Shown: positions 48,045-60,964, counted from the first letter of the stretch. The stretch: 64,000 nucleotides of DNA from Mobula hypostoma (GCF_963921235.1 NC_086109.1:26848001-26912000); one strand, 5' to 3'. Made by a program: numbers and translations. Notes: generated from the letters alone by a model not told the origin.

Positions 48045-48239
48045 GTAAGAGCTCAGAACACCTTTCAAGACAACTGAACTACTCAATAATTTGTGTGCAG
48101 TCACTTCTCAATGTCAAGTTTTGACTTCGTCTTTGGTACAGAGACACCTGGCGGTCAAAATCCAGTCAAACCAAAGAACAGAAGATTTATGTAAATATAT
48201 TATATCAGATTTAGGAATTGGAAGACAGTTCAATGATTA

Positions 48240-49380
48240 CAGAATCAGAATCAGGTTTAATATCGCTGGCATATGTTCTGGAATTTGTTGTTTTTCAGCA
48301 GCAGTACAGAACATTAAAAAAACCTATATTAAGTTAGTGCAAAAAGAGAGCCAAAATATTAGCAAGGGAAATCTGATGGTAGAAGCTGTTCCTAATACTT
48401 TGAGTGTCCTGTACATCCTCCCCAATGGTAGTAATGAGAAGAGAGCATGTCCTGGGTGATGGAAGTCCTTAATGACGGATGCCACCTTTTGAAGATGTCC
48501 CTGATGCTGGGAAGCTGGTGCCCATGGTGCTGGCTGAGTTTGCAAGCCTCTGCAACTGTTTCTGATCCTGTGCAGTAGAATGCTGTCCATGGTGCATCAG
48601 CAGACACATCTCCTCAAACTCCTTATGAAATATAGCCGCTTATGTTCCTTCTTTGTAATTACGTCAATATATTGGGCCCAGGATAGATCTTCAGAGATAC
48701 TGACACCCAGGAACTTGAAACTGCTCACCCTTTCCAATGCTGATCCCTCGATGAGGACCGGTGTGTGTTCACACGCCTTCCCCAACCCCAAGTTCATAGT
48801 CATTTCCTTGGTCTTACTAACATTGAGTGCAAAGTTATTGTTGTGGCATCCCTCCACCAGCTGTTCTATCTCACTCCTGTACGCCTCATCATCGCCATCT
48901 GCTAACAACTGTTGTGTCATTAGAAAATTTGTAGATGTTCTTTGAGCTGTGCCTAGCCATGTAGTCGTGGGTGTTGAGTGAGTTAAGCAGTGGGCTAAGC
49001 AGGCATCCTTGCGGTGGGCCGGTGTTGATTGTCAACGTGGAGGAAATGTTATTTCCAAGCTGCACTGACTGAAATTTCTTGAGAAAATCAAAGATGTAGT
49101 TGCAGAGGGATGTACAGAGGCTCAGGATTTGATGCTTGTTGATTAAGACTGAGTGTATGATTGTTTTGAATGCTGAGATTCAATCAATAAACAGCAGCTT
49201 GACGTAGGTAGAGACCTATAGTGATGGTAGACAAATTGTAGCGGGTCCAGGTCCTTGCTTAGGCAGGAGTTGGTTCTGGCCATAACTAACCTCTCAAAGC
49301 AGTTCATCACAGTGGATGTGAGTGTAACTGGGAGATATTTGAGGCAGTTTACCCTGCTCTTCTTTGGCACTGGATAATAC
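48240..49380 (-). mobile_element. Decayed Rex1/Babar-type LINE fragment
   Basis: [30 protein letters not shown] and FKFLGVSISEDLSW; (GATTCT)n tail. Confidence 0.82.
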
Positions 49381-49855
49381 ATAGATTATTTGGGGGTTGA
49401 CTCCTTCCCAAAAGTTTGTTAGTACTTCTTCCTCCTGGCTTCTAACACTTGTTGAATGCTTAAGGCCACTTAAATGAAGACATCAGCCATTTGTTTAAGG
49501 ACATTTATCAAAGGATTGATTGACAAGATGATCAGCTTGTCACTTGCAAGTTCCACCTTCAGTCAGGTATTTACCACTGATGGGATTGAAGCTTTATATC
49601 TAAGTATTTTCTGAGCAAATATTTCAATTAGTTGATCCTGCTAATGAGTGGGATCAATACTAATGGAGAGTTGCTAATACAATAAATCTTTCAATTTCAG
49701 AATTATCAGTTTTCATTTCTGCACTTCAAGACAATCTGTAAAAGGGACATTTCATTCGAAAGATGTATTCTTTAGCAAATGTAATGTTGCACTAATTTAG
49801 ATATATTAATATCTTGAGAAATGTTGTTAACATTTGCAGTGAAAAGTGAAATTTA

Positions 49856-50031
49856 GTTACGCAAACACGAGGAAATCTGCAGATGCTGGAAATTCAAGCA
49901 ACACACACAAGCAATGCTGGTGAACGCAGTAGGCCAGGCAGCAAGTATAGAAAGAGGTACAGTTAGCATGTATCTCTTCCTATAGATGCTGCCTGGCCTG
50001 CTGCGTTCACCAGCATTTTTTGTGTATGTTG
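49856..50031. mobile_element. 176-bp fold-back Penelope-derived mini-element
   Basis: Inverted arms AATGCTGGTGAACGCAGTAGGCCAGGCAGCA / TGCTGCCTGGCCTGCTGCGTTCACCAGCATT; exact 11-bp TSD AGTGAAATTTA at 49845-55 and 50032-42. Confidence 0.8.
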
Positions 50032-50793
50032 AGTGAAATTTACTTTCCTGGCTGTTGGAGTTTTGCTGATCAGTAATAGAATTATTGCTTTAAAAATAAG
50101 TTGAGAAAGCAAAAATCTACAGTCCAAAGAAATCATTCAGCTGGACTTAAGTACTTCAATATTGAATTCTAACTAAATGGTTCAATACTGAATGTTAATA
50201 TGTCTGGAACATTATTGTGTTGATCAATCATTGCACGCAATTCACTTTAAAGCATTTATAATAAGGTGACTTTCACAGACTTTATATAATTTCCTGTCCT
50301 TAAGGGAAAACTTGTTTCTCGGCAGTAAGACTGACCTGCTGTGCTGGTATTGGTAAGTGTGACAGGAATCTCACTCTAGGGGTTATCTCAAAACTGTTAA
50401 ATGTATGTTACAAATGGAGTTCCTCATATTTTCTGGCAAAGTTAAGAACAGGGGGAGGGGAGGTGAGAGGAATTTCCAAATTTAAGTGTATTACTGTGTT
50501 GTATTGTGTCATATAAACAAAGTAAACTGCTTCAACACCAACATTTATAATATCCAGGGCCTTAGAAAAACTGTAAATCAATTCAATTCGCTAAGGAGAA
50601 GAAGCCCTTTAGTATTAATGGATAATTAATTAAATTCTGTGCTTACTATTAGCAATCAAGAAATTGATGCATAACTTTTGACAGGAACTTCATTCGATGG
50701 AAACAGCTAAAAATAGAAGGAGTTCTTTGGATGGGCTTGATTATTCCACCAATAATGCAATATATTGGCCATTGCTTTTACTTCTGTTTTCAG

Positions 50794-50977
50794 AACCTTA
50801 TTAAAGTTGGAAGTGCAATACTTGATATAAGTAACAAAAAGCACTGGGATATGATCCAGCAGACAGATGGAGGGACGGCACTCCTGCTGAGGCACTACGA
50901 AGATTATGCAAGTGCACTGGCAAAAAATATGAGAAAAACCTACCTCAACCCTTTCACAATTGTCACCCCTAATATTG
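50794..50977 (+). CDS. CELSR2: CELSR2-like exon K (GAIN), phase 0 to 1
   Basis: gttttcag|AAC CTT ATT...AAT ATT G|gtgagt; NLIKVGSAILD...HWDMIQQTDGGTA...NMRKTYLNPFTIVTPNI. Confidence 0.95.
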
Positions 50978-51081
50978 GTGAGTATCACAATAACCAGACT
51001 GGGCATCCTTCAGACTGTAATGCATATTGTGTTCTAGAATATTCTGCTGGTTTTATAACTAATAGAAGTAATTTTGTCCAG

Positions 51082-51225
51082 TTATTTCAGTCGATCGCCT
51101 TCACAAAATTAATTTCTCTGGAGTGAAACTTCCACGGTATGACTTTATTCGAGGACAGAAGCCCAGAGACTTGGAAACTATTGCCATCCTTCCAGAATCA
51201 ATCTTTACACCAGCAGATGCTAAAG
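51082..51225 (+). CDS. CELSR2: CELSR2-like exon L (GAIN), phase 1 to 1
   Basis: ttgtccag|TT ATT TCA GTC GAT...GCT AAA G|gtgaga; VISVDRLHKINFSGVKLPRYDFIRGQKPRDLETIAILPESIFTPADAK; follows a 104-nt intron. Confidence 0.92.
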
Positions 51226-52836
51226 GTGAGAATACCTTTTAAAGCAGATCTACACTTGCTGTGATGTCAAACGGCATGAAGCCACGTTTTGACCTAGGTT
51301 GAGCATATTGACGATCACTGAATAGCAGAGGCATTGTACACTGAAGTGGGAGAGTTATGGGCCATTTTGGTATTAGTTAATGGAGGTTTAGTGTTATCTG
51401 GTACACTTCCGTGGTATTGAGTATGCCCATTACCTCTTTAGTAGGATAAACTTTGTAGTTTCTTTTAATGTTACTTTTCTAACATTTTGCTTCTCAAACA
51501 CTCATGAACTTGTGTATCACAACAAAGTACAAATTGACTGGGCATCTTCATGATAACTTATCCCCATTTTTCTATCCCCTTGATCCTAAATTTCTTATCA
51601 CTTCTCCAATCTACCATCAATGTCCTAGAACCTTTCAACCTAATGCTCCACTCCCATGTCCGATGACCATCTATCCAACTGACTACAGTTGCTTTTCCAC
51701 CCTGGCTTCCTTGCCAGATCATTCCTCCCCACTCATTCACCCAATCATGCACCCATCATAATCCAATTAAAAACGAGCAAAAATGCAGATTCTGGAAATC
51801 TGAACTGTAAACGGGTTTTATAGCCTGGGGGAAAATACTCACGCAGGACAGCAAATACTTTTTCAGGTCTTAAATTCTGCATTAAATGTTGTATTGCAGA
51901 AAGAGGGTATCGAAATAAAAAGGACAAAATAAGTTTTAAAAAACAGTTCCTGCTTTTACAATCGCAGATTAATTTTGAACCACAGACTTGTTACGTATGC
52001 AGTGTGAAAATAACTAAAACAAAATATACGAAACTAATACGGTAGCAGCAATTCTAAAAAAAACAATACAAACAATATTAGAATCCCACCAACCCTATAC
52101 ATTATACACAACATCGAAAATATTAATAAATCATCTCATCTTAAAAGAACTATACTCACATTTGGCACACACGTGCTTAATTTTCAAATACACATAGGCT
52201 AGACCTTGAAATGAGTTTTCCTCGCTTACGTTAGTAGGCCGATTAAGGAACTACGCAATCACACTATTCCAGTGTCCATCAATTTTACTTGTGAAAATCT
52301 TTCCTCACTAAACCTGGGAAAAGCATTCGAACATGGTCCTTTAACATGACAACTCTTTGTTCTACTCCACCCATGAAAAATAACATCACAGTTTTTTTCT
52401 TAAAGGCACTGGCAGGTATTTTAGCATTACCAAGGTGAATACAGGAGTGCAATATATCAATGCCATACAGGTAAATGTAAATTTGTACATTCAAATGTAA
52501 TTTCTTCAAGAAACTTAGTGGTCTTCCCTGTAATCATAATTTGATCAGCGTCTGCCTTCATGTTCATGTCCTGGCTGTTTTTTTTTATTGGTCTACAGCA
52601 GTTTTTCTGATTGGTTAAACCAACCATAATGATTCTTTCACCATCCAATGTTGATGGTAACTTCTTACTACTGAAGCCAAGTATTTTCGTTCATGTTGTA
52701 AGTTGATAATCAAAAAGCAATAAGCCATGAAGCAAAATATTCAAAATATTCATAAAACAAAATTTTATTTTAGAGTTTTCCACAATAGGCTAAAAAACAT
52801 TAAAGCATAGATATATAGGAAGAGTAATTTGTGCCC

Positions 52837-55800
52837 TAGTCCTGGGTATGACTCTGAACTGCAACCGGTGATGAGGCTCTGACTGGGAACTTTCAGAGCT
52901 TTGGGGAAAATGGAGTTACCCCTTAGTCATTCATTGCTCCCAGGGCCGCTCTGACCCGGAATGGTAGCACCTGCAAGGGTTCCTGCTCAGGATACAAGCG
53001 AAGGCCAATGGCAGATCCGGCAGGTTCAGTAACTGAACCTATGATGGAGAAGGCGGATGAGCTAGGACCTCAAATGTCAACGGCTATAGTACAGGCGGAT
53101 GAATATTTGGGAAGAGAAATGGCGATTTCTTTAGTTCGCCCTATGGAAGGCAATAGCAAACCACCGTTGCTAGATACTAGGTTTCGTAGAATCTATTTGC
53201 TAAGAAAACCATAGTCAAATTCACAAAATGTATCACACAACAACAGCGTCAAGAGGATCTTCAAGACAATTCTGAAGATGCTTCGCTCAGTAGGGTTGAT
53301 TCTGGGCAGCAGGGGATCCCCGACTGTCATCAAGCTACTGCTCATAAAATTCAAATAACGCAAAAGAAAATTATTGCCACTTGGAATGTAAGAACCCTAT
53401 ATCAAGCAGGAAGATTGGACAATGTGATAAATGAAATGGAACGACTAACGATTAACATCATGGGAATTAGTGAAGATGGTTGGATAGGTGCTGGAACATG
53501 TCAGAATAGAAATAAATCAGTAATTTATTCTTGTGGAACATCCCATGCTAATGGAGTAGGAATTCTTATGGATGAAAACATGGCAAAAATTGTTTTAGGA
53601 CATTGGGCAATATCAGAAAGAGTGCTGCTTGTTAGATTCAGAGGACAACCATTTGATTTAGCAATTATACAGGTAAATGCACCAACAACAGATGGAACAA
53701 ATGAGGATTTAGATAAATTCTATGAAGAGCTTGAACAAGCAAAGAATGGAAGCAAATCTCAAGATATTGTTATTGTCATGGGAGATCTAAATGCTAAGGT
53801 AGGACAAGATGCTGATGGAAATACCATAGGAAAATTTGGACTGGGGAAAGAAATGAAAGAGGTGAGAAATGGGTAGAATGGTGCAAGGTGAATAATCAGG
53901 TCACTATGAATACCTACTTTAAAAACCATCCAAGACGCTTGTGGACCTGGCAAAGTCCAGGTAATAACACTAGAAATCAAATTGACATTATTACTATAAA
54001 CCAAAGATTTAGAAACTCAGTGACTCAATGCAAAACATATCCAGGTGCAGATTGTAATAGTGACCATAACCCAGTAGTATGTCATGTAAAAGTAAAACTT
54101 AAAAAACTAAAGAAACAAAAACCTGAACAATTCCTTGACTACTTGCAATTAATTAAAGAAGAAAACTTAAGACAAAAATTTACAATTGAAGTAAGGAATA
54201 GATTTCAAAGTCTAGAAATAGAATCTGTTGAAGATGATAGCAATCATGTAGAAATGAAGTTTAGCTCTCCAAAGGATGCCTTGGTAGAATCAGAAAAAAG
54301 CATAAGGAATAAATAGATGAGAGATGAAATCAAAAATCTAACACAAGAAAGGAGACGGGAGAGAGCAAATCCTATAGAATATAAGTCCTTAGATAAAAAA
54401 AGTTAAAAGCTTATGTCAAAAAGCCAAAGAAGAATGGTTAAACCAGGAATGTGAGCAAATAGAAAGAATCTCTATTACTGATACAAAAAGGTTACATCAA
54501 AAAATCAAGAATATCACTGGTAAAAATCTCCTCTGTTCTTCAGGTGGATGTTTGAATGGAAAGGACAGTACCATTATCATGGAAAAAGATGAGATTATGA
54601 ACAGATGGACTGAGTATATTCAGGAATTGTCTGAAGACGATTGAGGCGAAAAACCAGAAATTAAGGAAAACATTGAAGGTCCAAGTATTTTAAAATCTGA
54701 AGTTCATAATGCAATAAATAAGATGAAGAAAGGAAAGGCAGCAGGTCTTGATGAATTAGTAACAGAACAAATTATCGCCCTTGAGGATTATGGAATTGAA
54801 AAACTTACTGATTTAATCAATGACATTTATGGCATTGGAATAATACCAGAAGAGATGAAAAAATCAGAATTTATCACTCTTCCTAAGAAACCTGGAGCAA
54901 TAGAATGTGAATTACATAGGAGCATAAGTTTAATGAGTCATATCACCAAGATACTTATAAGAATTTTGATGACGAGAGCTAAAAGTAAGATACAAGCTGA
55001 AATAGGTAAAGAACAATGTGGTTTTGTGAAAGACAAAGGTACAAGAATCACAATATTCATGTTAAGGATACTATCAGAATGAGCTGTTCAAGTGCAAGAA
55101 GATTTGTTTGTTTTACCAACTACACAAAAGCATTTGATAAAGTGAAGCACAATAAGTTATTTGAAATGTTACAGGAAACTCTAGATCTAGATTCGAAAGA
55201 CCTCCGGCTAATCAGAAATCTGTATTGGGAACAAACTGCTGCTGTAAGAATAGATGGAGAAGTGAGTCAGTTCACAAAAATCAAGGGAGGCATTAGACAA
55301 GGGTGTGTTTTCTCCCCTGATTTATTTAATGTGTACAGTGAAAAAATATTACAAAAAAAAGGAGATCTTGGGAATCAAAGTTGACGGTGAAAACATCAAT
55401 AATTTCAGATATGCGGATGACACTGTGTTAATTGCAAGTACGGAGGAAGAACTACAAAATTTAATTGATAAAGTTGTTGAAGAAAGTGCAAAAATGGGTC
55501 TATCTATCAATTACAAAAAGACAGAATGTATGGTGATATCCAAAAAGAAGGAGAATCCTATCTGCAGGCTGAGAATAAACGGGGAAGACATAAAACAAGT
55601 ACAGAACTTTTGCTACTTAGGAATCTGGGTGATATCAGATGGCAGGTGCGACATGGACATCAACAGAAGAATAGGGATGGCGAAAGACACCTTTACAAGA
55701 ATGAAGAGTATACTGACCAATACTAAAGGAGGCATAACAACCCGCCTCAGAGTACTGAAATGTTACGTTTATCCAGTTATGTTATATGGATCAGAATCTT

Positions 55801-56191
55801 GGACAATATCTAGTAACATGAGGAAACGAATTGAAGCAGCAGAGATGTGGTTTTTGAGGAAGATGCAAAGAATATCATGGACGAAACAGATATCTAATGA
55901 GGATGTCATGAACAGAGCCAGTACAAAAAAAGAAATAATGTATGAGATCATGAAAAGGCAATGTAACTTCACCGGACATATGATTAGGAAAGAGGAGTTA
56001 GAATGCATGGTAATTATGGGAAAGATTGAAGAGAAGAAAGCAAGAGGAAGACAAAGACAAATGATGATGGAGACAGCAGCCAGAGAACTGGAAATGAATA
56101 CCAATGAATTGATCCACTTGACCCGAAACAGGAGTGTGTGGGGCATGGCAGTCAAAGCTCAAATTGGGTACAGCACCTGATGAAGATGATG
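52837..56191 (+). mobile_element. Near full-length RTE-clade LINE (single EN-RT ORF, about 53210-56180, disrupted)
   Basis: IATWNVRTL, VMGDLNAKVG, NQIDI, SDHNPV, KAFDKV, GIRQGCVFSP and RYADD; (GAT)n tail; exact 11-bp TSD AATTTGTGCCC at 52826-36 and 56192-202. Confidence 0.93.
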
Positions 56192-56783
56192 AATTTGTGC
56201 CCATTGATTCATCTGTTACCAATCTGACATTACCCATATACCAATTCCTATATATGTGGAAATGTCTTAGTAAAGTAATTGTAGCTCAATGAAGAATAGA
56301 AGTTCAAAAGAATAACCCAAAGAAGAATTTTGTTCTAGTCAATTACAGATCTTCTCCATCTTTACAAATGCATGGCTTGTGTAGAGTCCTTACAAGAAAC
56401 AAGTGACTGGGAGATTGGCGGTTTGGATTTGCCAGTTACTGCAGGGCCACAGGCAATTTCTGCTGCCTAGGAACTCAGTTCACAGCTTCTTTCCGACTTG
56501 TGAACTACTTGGCTTGCGAACAGTTCGCAGGGATGGAACCCTACTGTAATCTGGGAACCTCCTGTAATGCTAAGCAAGTGAGTGAATATGGATAAATTTG
56601 AGTTGATGTAGCTTATTCTCAGACACAGCTAGATTCTGTCCAATATACATAAAGTGGAATGGACATGCTCCTTTTCTGAGGATTGACTACAATGTAATCG
56701 TTTTGATCAGGTGCCAGTTTTAAACTCTGGCAACTATATATTGTACAAATTAGGAGACTTGGCAGTTCAAAGCCCTGATTATG

Positions 56784-56847
56784 GTTCAATCAGTATTTCT
56801 TGCTAGTTGTAGCAAGTTCAATCAGTATTTCTTGCTAGTTCTAGCAA
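56784..56847. repeat. 32-bp tandem duplication
   Basis: GTTCAATCAGTATTTCTTGCTAGTT(G/C)TAGCAA, two copies. Confidence 0.9.
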
Positions 56848-56892
56848 ATTTTAACATTGCATAACACTGGTTTAATGCATATTCTTTTCCAG

Positions 56893-57061
56893 AAAACTCC
56901 AAACTCCCGACCTCCTCACCTGAAAAGGAAAGTACACCTTTGAACAGAAAGAAGCGACACCCTGATCCAAATGAGAATGATGCCATTGCCAGTATTATCA
57001 TCTACTGGTCACTAGGAGAGCTTTTACCTGAACAGTACGATCCTGACAAAAGAAGTCTAAG
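56893..57061 (+). CDS. CELSR2: CELSR2-like exon M (GAIN subdomain B), phase 1 to 2
   Basis: ttttccag|AA AAC TCC...AGT CTA AG|gtaaat; ENSKLPTSSPEKESTPLNRKKRHPDPNENDAIASIIIYWSLGELLPEQYDPDKRSL. Confidence 0.92.
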
Positions 57062-57171
57062 GTAAATATGAATTGGTACATTTGCACAACACTCAATGCA
57101 CAAAAGTAGAAATAGAAATTATTTGTTAATTAAACTTCTGTGCACTGATGAAGTGACTATTTGTGTCCTAG

Positions 57172-57339
57172 GGTTCCTAAGCGACCTGTCATTAACAGCC
57201 CCATCGTTAGCATTGCTGTACATGACAATGATGAATTACTGCAGCATCAGCTGGCGAAGCCAATTAGGGTACAGTACAAGCTTTTCCAAACTGAGGAGAG
57301 AACCAAGCCAATTTGTGTCTTCTGGAACCACTCCATCCC
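57172..57339 (+). CDS. CELSR2: CELSR2-like exon N (GAIN subdomain B), phase 2 to 2
   Basis: gtcctag|G GTT CCT AAG CGA...ATC CC|gtaaga; RVPKRPVINSPIVSIAVHD...TEERTKPICVFWNHSI; follows a 110-nt intron. Confidence 0.95.
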
Positions 57340-59849
57340 GTAAGACCCCTTATTATTTCTAGTGCTGAATGTCTTGGGGAAACAGTTGCATACTGTCTAA
57401 AAAAATATGCAATAGAGCATTAATGGGTGATTTAGTCATTCAATAAAGGGTATGATATATAGCAACAAACTATTGGTCAGCCTTGCCTCGTGTAAGGGTG
57501 ATGGATGCTTCTTATCACTGCATACAGATTGATTTTCCTTCAGATCTTATGTCACAGTAACCCTTGAGTTTCCAAACTCTATTTTTGTCTGACAGTCGAG
57601 GGCAACACATTAATGTAGTGGTTAGCATGACACTATTACAGCTCAAGGCATTGAGATTTCAATTCCACCACCATCTGTAAGGAGTTTGTATGTTCTCCCT
57701 GTGACCGCTTGGGTTTCCTCTGGGTGCTCTGGTTTCCTCTCAAAGTCCAAAGTGGTTAGTAAGTTAATTGGTCATTGTAAATTTTCCTGTGGTTAGGCTC
57801 GTGTTAAATAGATGGGTTGCTGGGCAGTGTGGCTTTCTGGGCTGGAACGTCCTGTTATCTTAAATTTAAAGAAAAACAACAACGGTTTTCAGTCTAGTAA
57901 AATAAATCTTAGCTGCCTTGGTTTGGTTTTACTAAAGCATAATCTCTCAGAAGTCAAAATCAAAAATGGGATTTTCTATTGTAAGCCCCTAGAATGATGA
58001 ATTCTTCTACAGACCTAGTGACCTAGTAACTGAAGCGACAAGAAGGAAAGGGGCCATCCTGTCTAATGCCATTGGCTATTAGCTGATTATATCTAATTAT
58101 TTTTTGTGGAAAAGTGCCAGGCTTTCACCAACCTGAGTCTATGAGTTACTGGAGTGGATTGTGTACTTAAAGCACGAGTTCAAATCCTTCCCAAACATTT
58201 GGAAATTTAAATTAAAGTTGTTAAAAAATCAGGAATTAGAAAGTCAGTATCATCAAGTTCTCATATTGTTATAAAAGCACACTTAATTCAACAACAGTAG
58301 CAAATCTACTGTCCATGTCTCGCCTGCTCCAAATATAACTCCAGACCCATTAATCTGCTTCTCTTCGATCTGCCTCATTAGTTCAGGAATATTTAGTAAT
58401 GCTCATCTTATGAATTAATACATTTTTAAGAAGAAATCTTTAACTATTGGCTCTTCTCCTAAAGCCAGCATGTTCTGTTGGTTCTGACAACTCTTTGGTA
58501 CCCTACAGAAGGCACAAATGTGAATATATGAAGCTGAAATGGCTCAGTGTATATGGAGAACCCTAACAATGACTGCCTTGCTCTGTCACAAATTATGGCA
58601 TGTTGGACTTATTGTGTGTGCTGCTGAGCTCAAATAACTTGGCACAAATAAAGGACTGAGTCAAAGGATGTCCAGATTTGCTTAGGTGAAGTATTCCTTG
58701 TATTGTGATGTGAACAAAGTCACTGGAGAGAGACACTGAAGCTAGTGGATATAAAAGTGCTTATTCAACAAAAATGAGCCACAGGTATCATATTGAGACT
58801 CCCCTGGAAGAAGAGGTCTGCTTGACCCAATATTATATGACATTCTTTATATGCTAAAGATCAGAGGTAACTACAGGACAATTCTATAGTTACAATGTAT
58901 CTACAATGCTTCCTTTGAGTTGCATATACTTTTTAAACACCTCCTTCTTCACATCCACACTCCAGACACCCAACATCAATGTTAATCTCCACTAACTCTG
59001 GGCTGCATTCATGCATATGCAGGCATCTGAGGTCTAATTGTTGTGAGCTGCATATTAAATTCAATCTGCAATCCATATTTAAATCTGAAGATTGGTTGCT
59101 GGTGCAATTAATATTTCTATATACCCTTAACTCCAGGATATGCCCTAAAACCTTATTTCTATTACTGGTGTGGAGTTAGTGCTGCAAATTCACTGCACCA
59201 GTAACAAATTTGATCCTAAACTTTGGATTTGGATTGTCTGTGGAATTTGTACATCCCTCCCCCCCCCCCCCGCCCCCCTTGATTCCTTTCACACGGCAAA
59301 AGATGTGCCGGTAAGTTAATGGATTCCTGCAAATTATCTGTGGTTGTAGGTAGATCAAAGTAAATTTATTATCGAAGTAAGTATATGTTACCATATGCTA
59401 CTTTGAGGTTTATTTTCTTGCAGGCATTTACAGGGAAAAAAGAAATACAACTTAGAATTTTATGAAAAATTATGTATAAGCAAAGACTGACAAACAATCA
59501 ATGTGCAAAAGAAGACAAAAGAAAAATAAAGCTGAGATCATGAGTTGTACCAAGTCCTTAAAAGTGAACCTGTAGATTATAGAATCAGTTCAGAGTAGTG
59601 GTGAATAAAGGTAAGAGGCAAAGTAGATATCAGGTGGGAACTGATGTCAAAATGAGAGAGAATGGGTCATAGGAAGGTAAAAGAAGGGATGGACTGATGA
59701 AATTACTCTGCTGCAAGGTGGTGTGAATTCAACTGGCCAAACGAATTCCTCTGAGTGATTTATGATATTTTAATATTTCCTAGTGTGAATGTACATGTTG
59801 TGTTATTTATTAATGTGCAAAATACTGCATTAGAAAAATAAATGGAGGG

Positions 59850-60590
59850 TTTCAAAGTTCAAAGTAAATTTATTATCAAAGTACGTATACATCACCATAT
59901 ACAATTCTGAAATCCACTTTCTTGTGCGGAATCACAGTAAATACAAGAAACACAGTAGAGTCAATCAAAGACTGTGTCCCACAGGGTGGACAACAGCCAA
60001 TGAGCACAAACAAACCAACGAACTGTGTAAATACAAAAATAAAGAGGAAAAATATAATAATATCAATAATAAAAGTAAACAATAAATATTGAGAACATGA
60101 AATGACAAGCCCTTGAAAGCGGGTTCAGTTCAATGGGAACAGTTCAGTGAAGGGGACAGAAGTTGAGTGACGTTATCCTCTCCGGTTCTTGAGCCCAATG
60201 GTTGAGGGGAATAACTGTTCCTGAACCTGGTGGCATGGGTCCTGTGACTCCTATACCTTTCTCCTGATGGCATCAGCACGAAGAGAGCATGGCCTGTATG
60301 GTGGGAGTCCTTGATGGTAGATGCTGCTTTCCTGTGATAGTGCTACAAGTAGATGAGCTCAATGGTGAGGAGGGTTTGAACCGTGATGGACAGGACTATG
60401 TCCACTACTATTTGTAGCTTCCATACCAGGCTGTGATACAACCAGTCAATATAGTCTCCCACGCATCTATTCCAGAAGTTTGACAAAGTTTAGATAACGC
60501 ACCCAATCTTTGCAAATTTAAAGAAAGTAGAGGCGATACCATGCTTCCTTTGTAAAGGCACTTATGTGCTGGACCCAGGCAAGTTCCATC
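59850..60590 (-). mobile_element. Rex1/Babar-type LINE 3' fragment; related fragments lie at about 17380-17800 and 36655-37030
   Basis: ETILTGCITAWYGS remnant and (TTGAAC)n-type tail on the minus strand. Confidence 0.7.
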
Positions 60591-60964
60591 ATGTGAAGAT
60601 AATTTTATTCTTTCTTCCAATATCCTTCTAATTTTGTGTTAAAATGCAGCACCTCGGAAGTTAATAGCCTGCTGAATTTCTGCTGTGCTGTATCTCAGAA
60701 ATCAGGTGCTGAGTGGAAGGAAGGTCAAAGTCAGAGATTTTTTTTGCTTCGATAGGCTTTCAGTATTTTAAGGTAGAGGAGCAGAATTTGGACATTTAGT
60801 CCATTGAGTCTGCTCCATATTCCATCATGGCTGATTTATTATCCCTCTCAAATGCATTATCCTGGCAGCTCCCCCTATGCTTTGATGCCCTTACTAATCA
60901 GAAACCTATAAACCTGTGCCTAAATATACTCAATGACATTGTTGCCATGGCCTTCTGTGGCAAT

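Noticed and set aside
750..56180. Intact or domesticated TE-derived genes (L1 ORF2, RTE ORF, Tc1 transposase, Penelope ORF)
   Set aside because: Each contains stops or frameshifts; none is a complete ORF.
56784..56847. 32-bp tandem duplication near the exon 56893 acceptor as a splicing element
   Set aside because: It ends about 45 nt upstream of the AG and leaves the acceptor intact; nothing indicates function.
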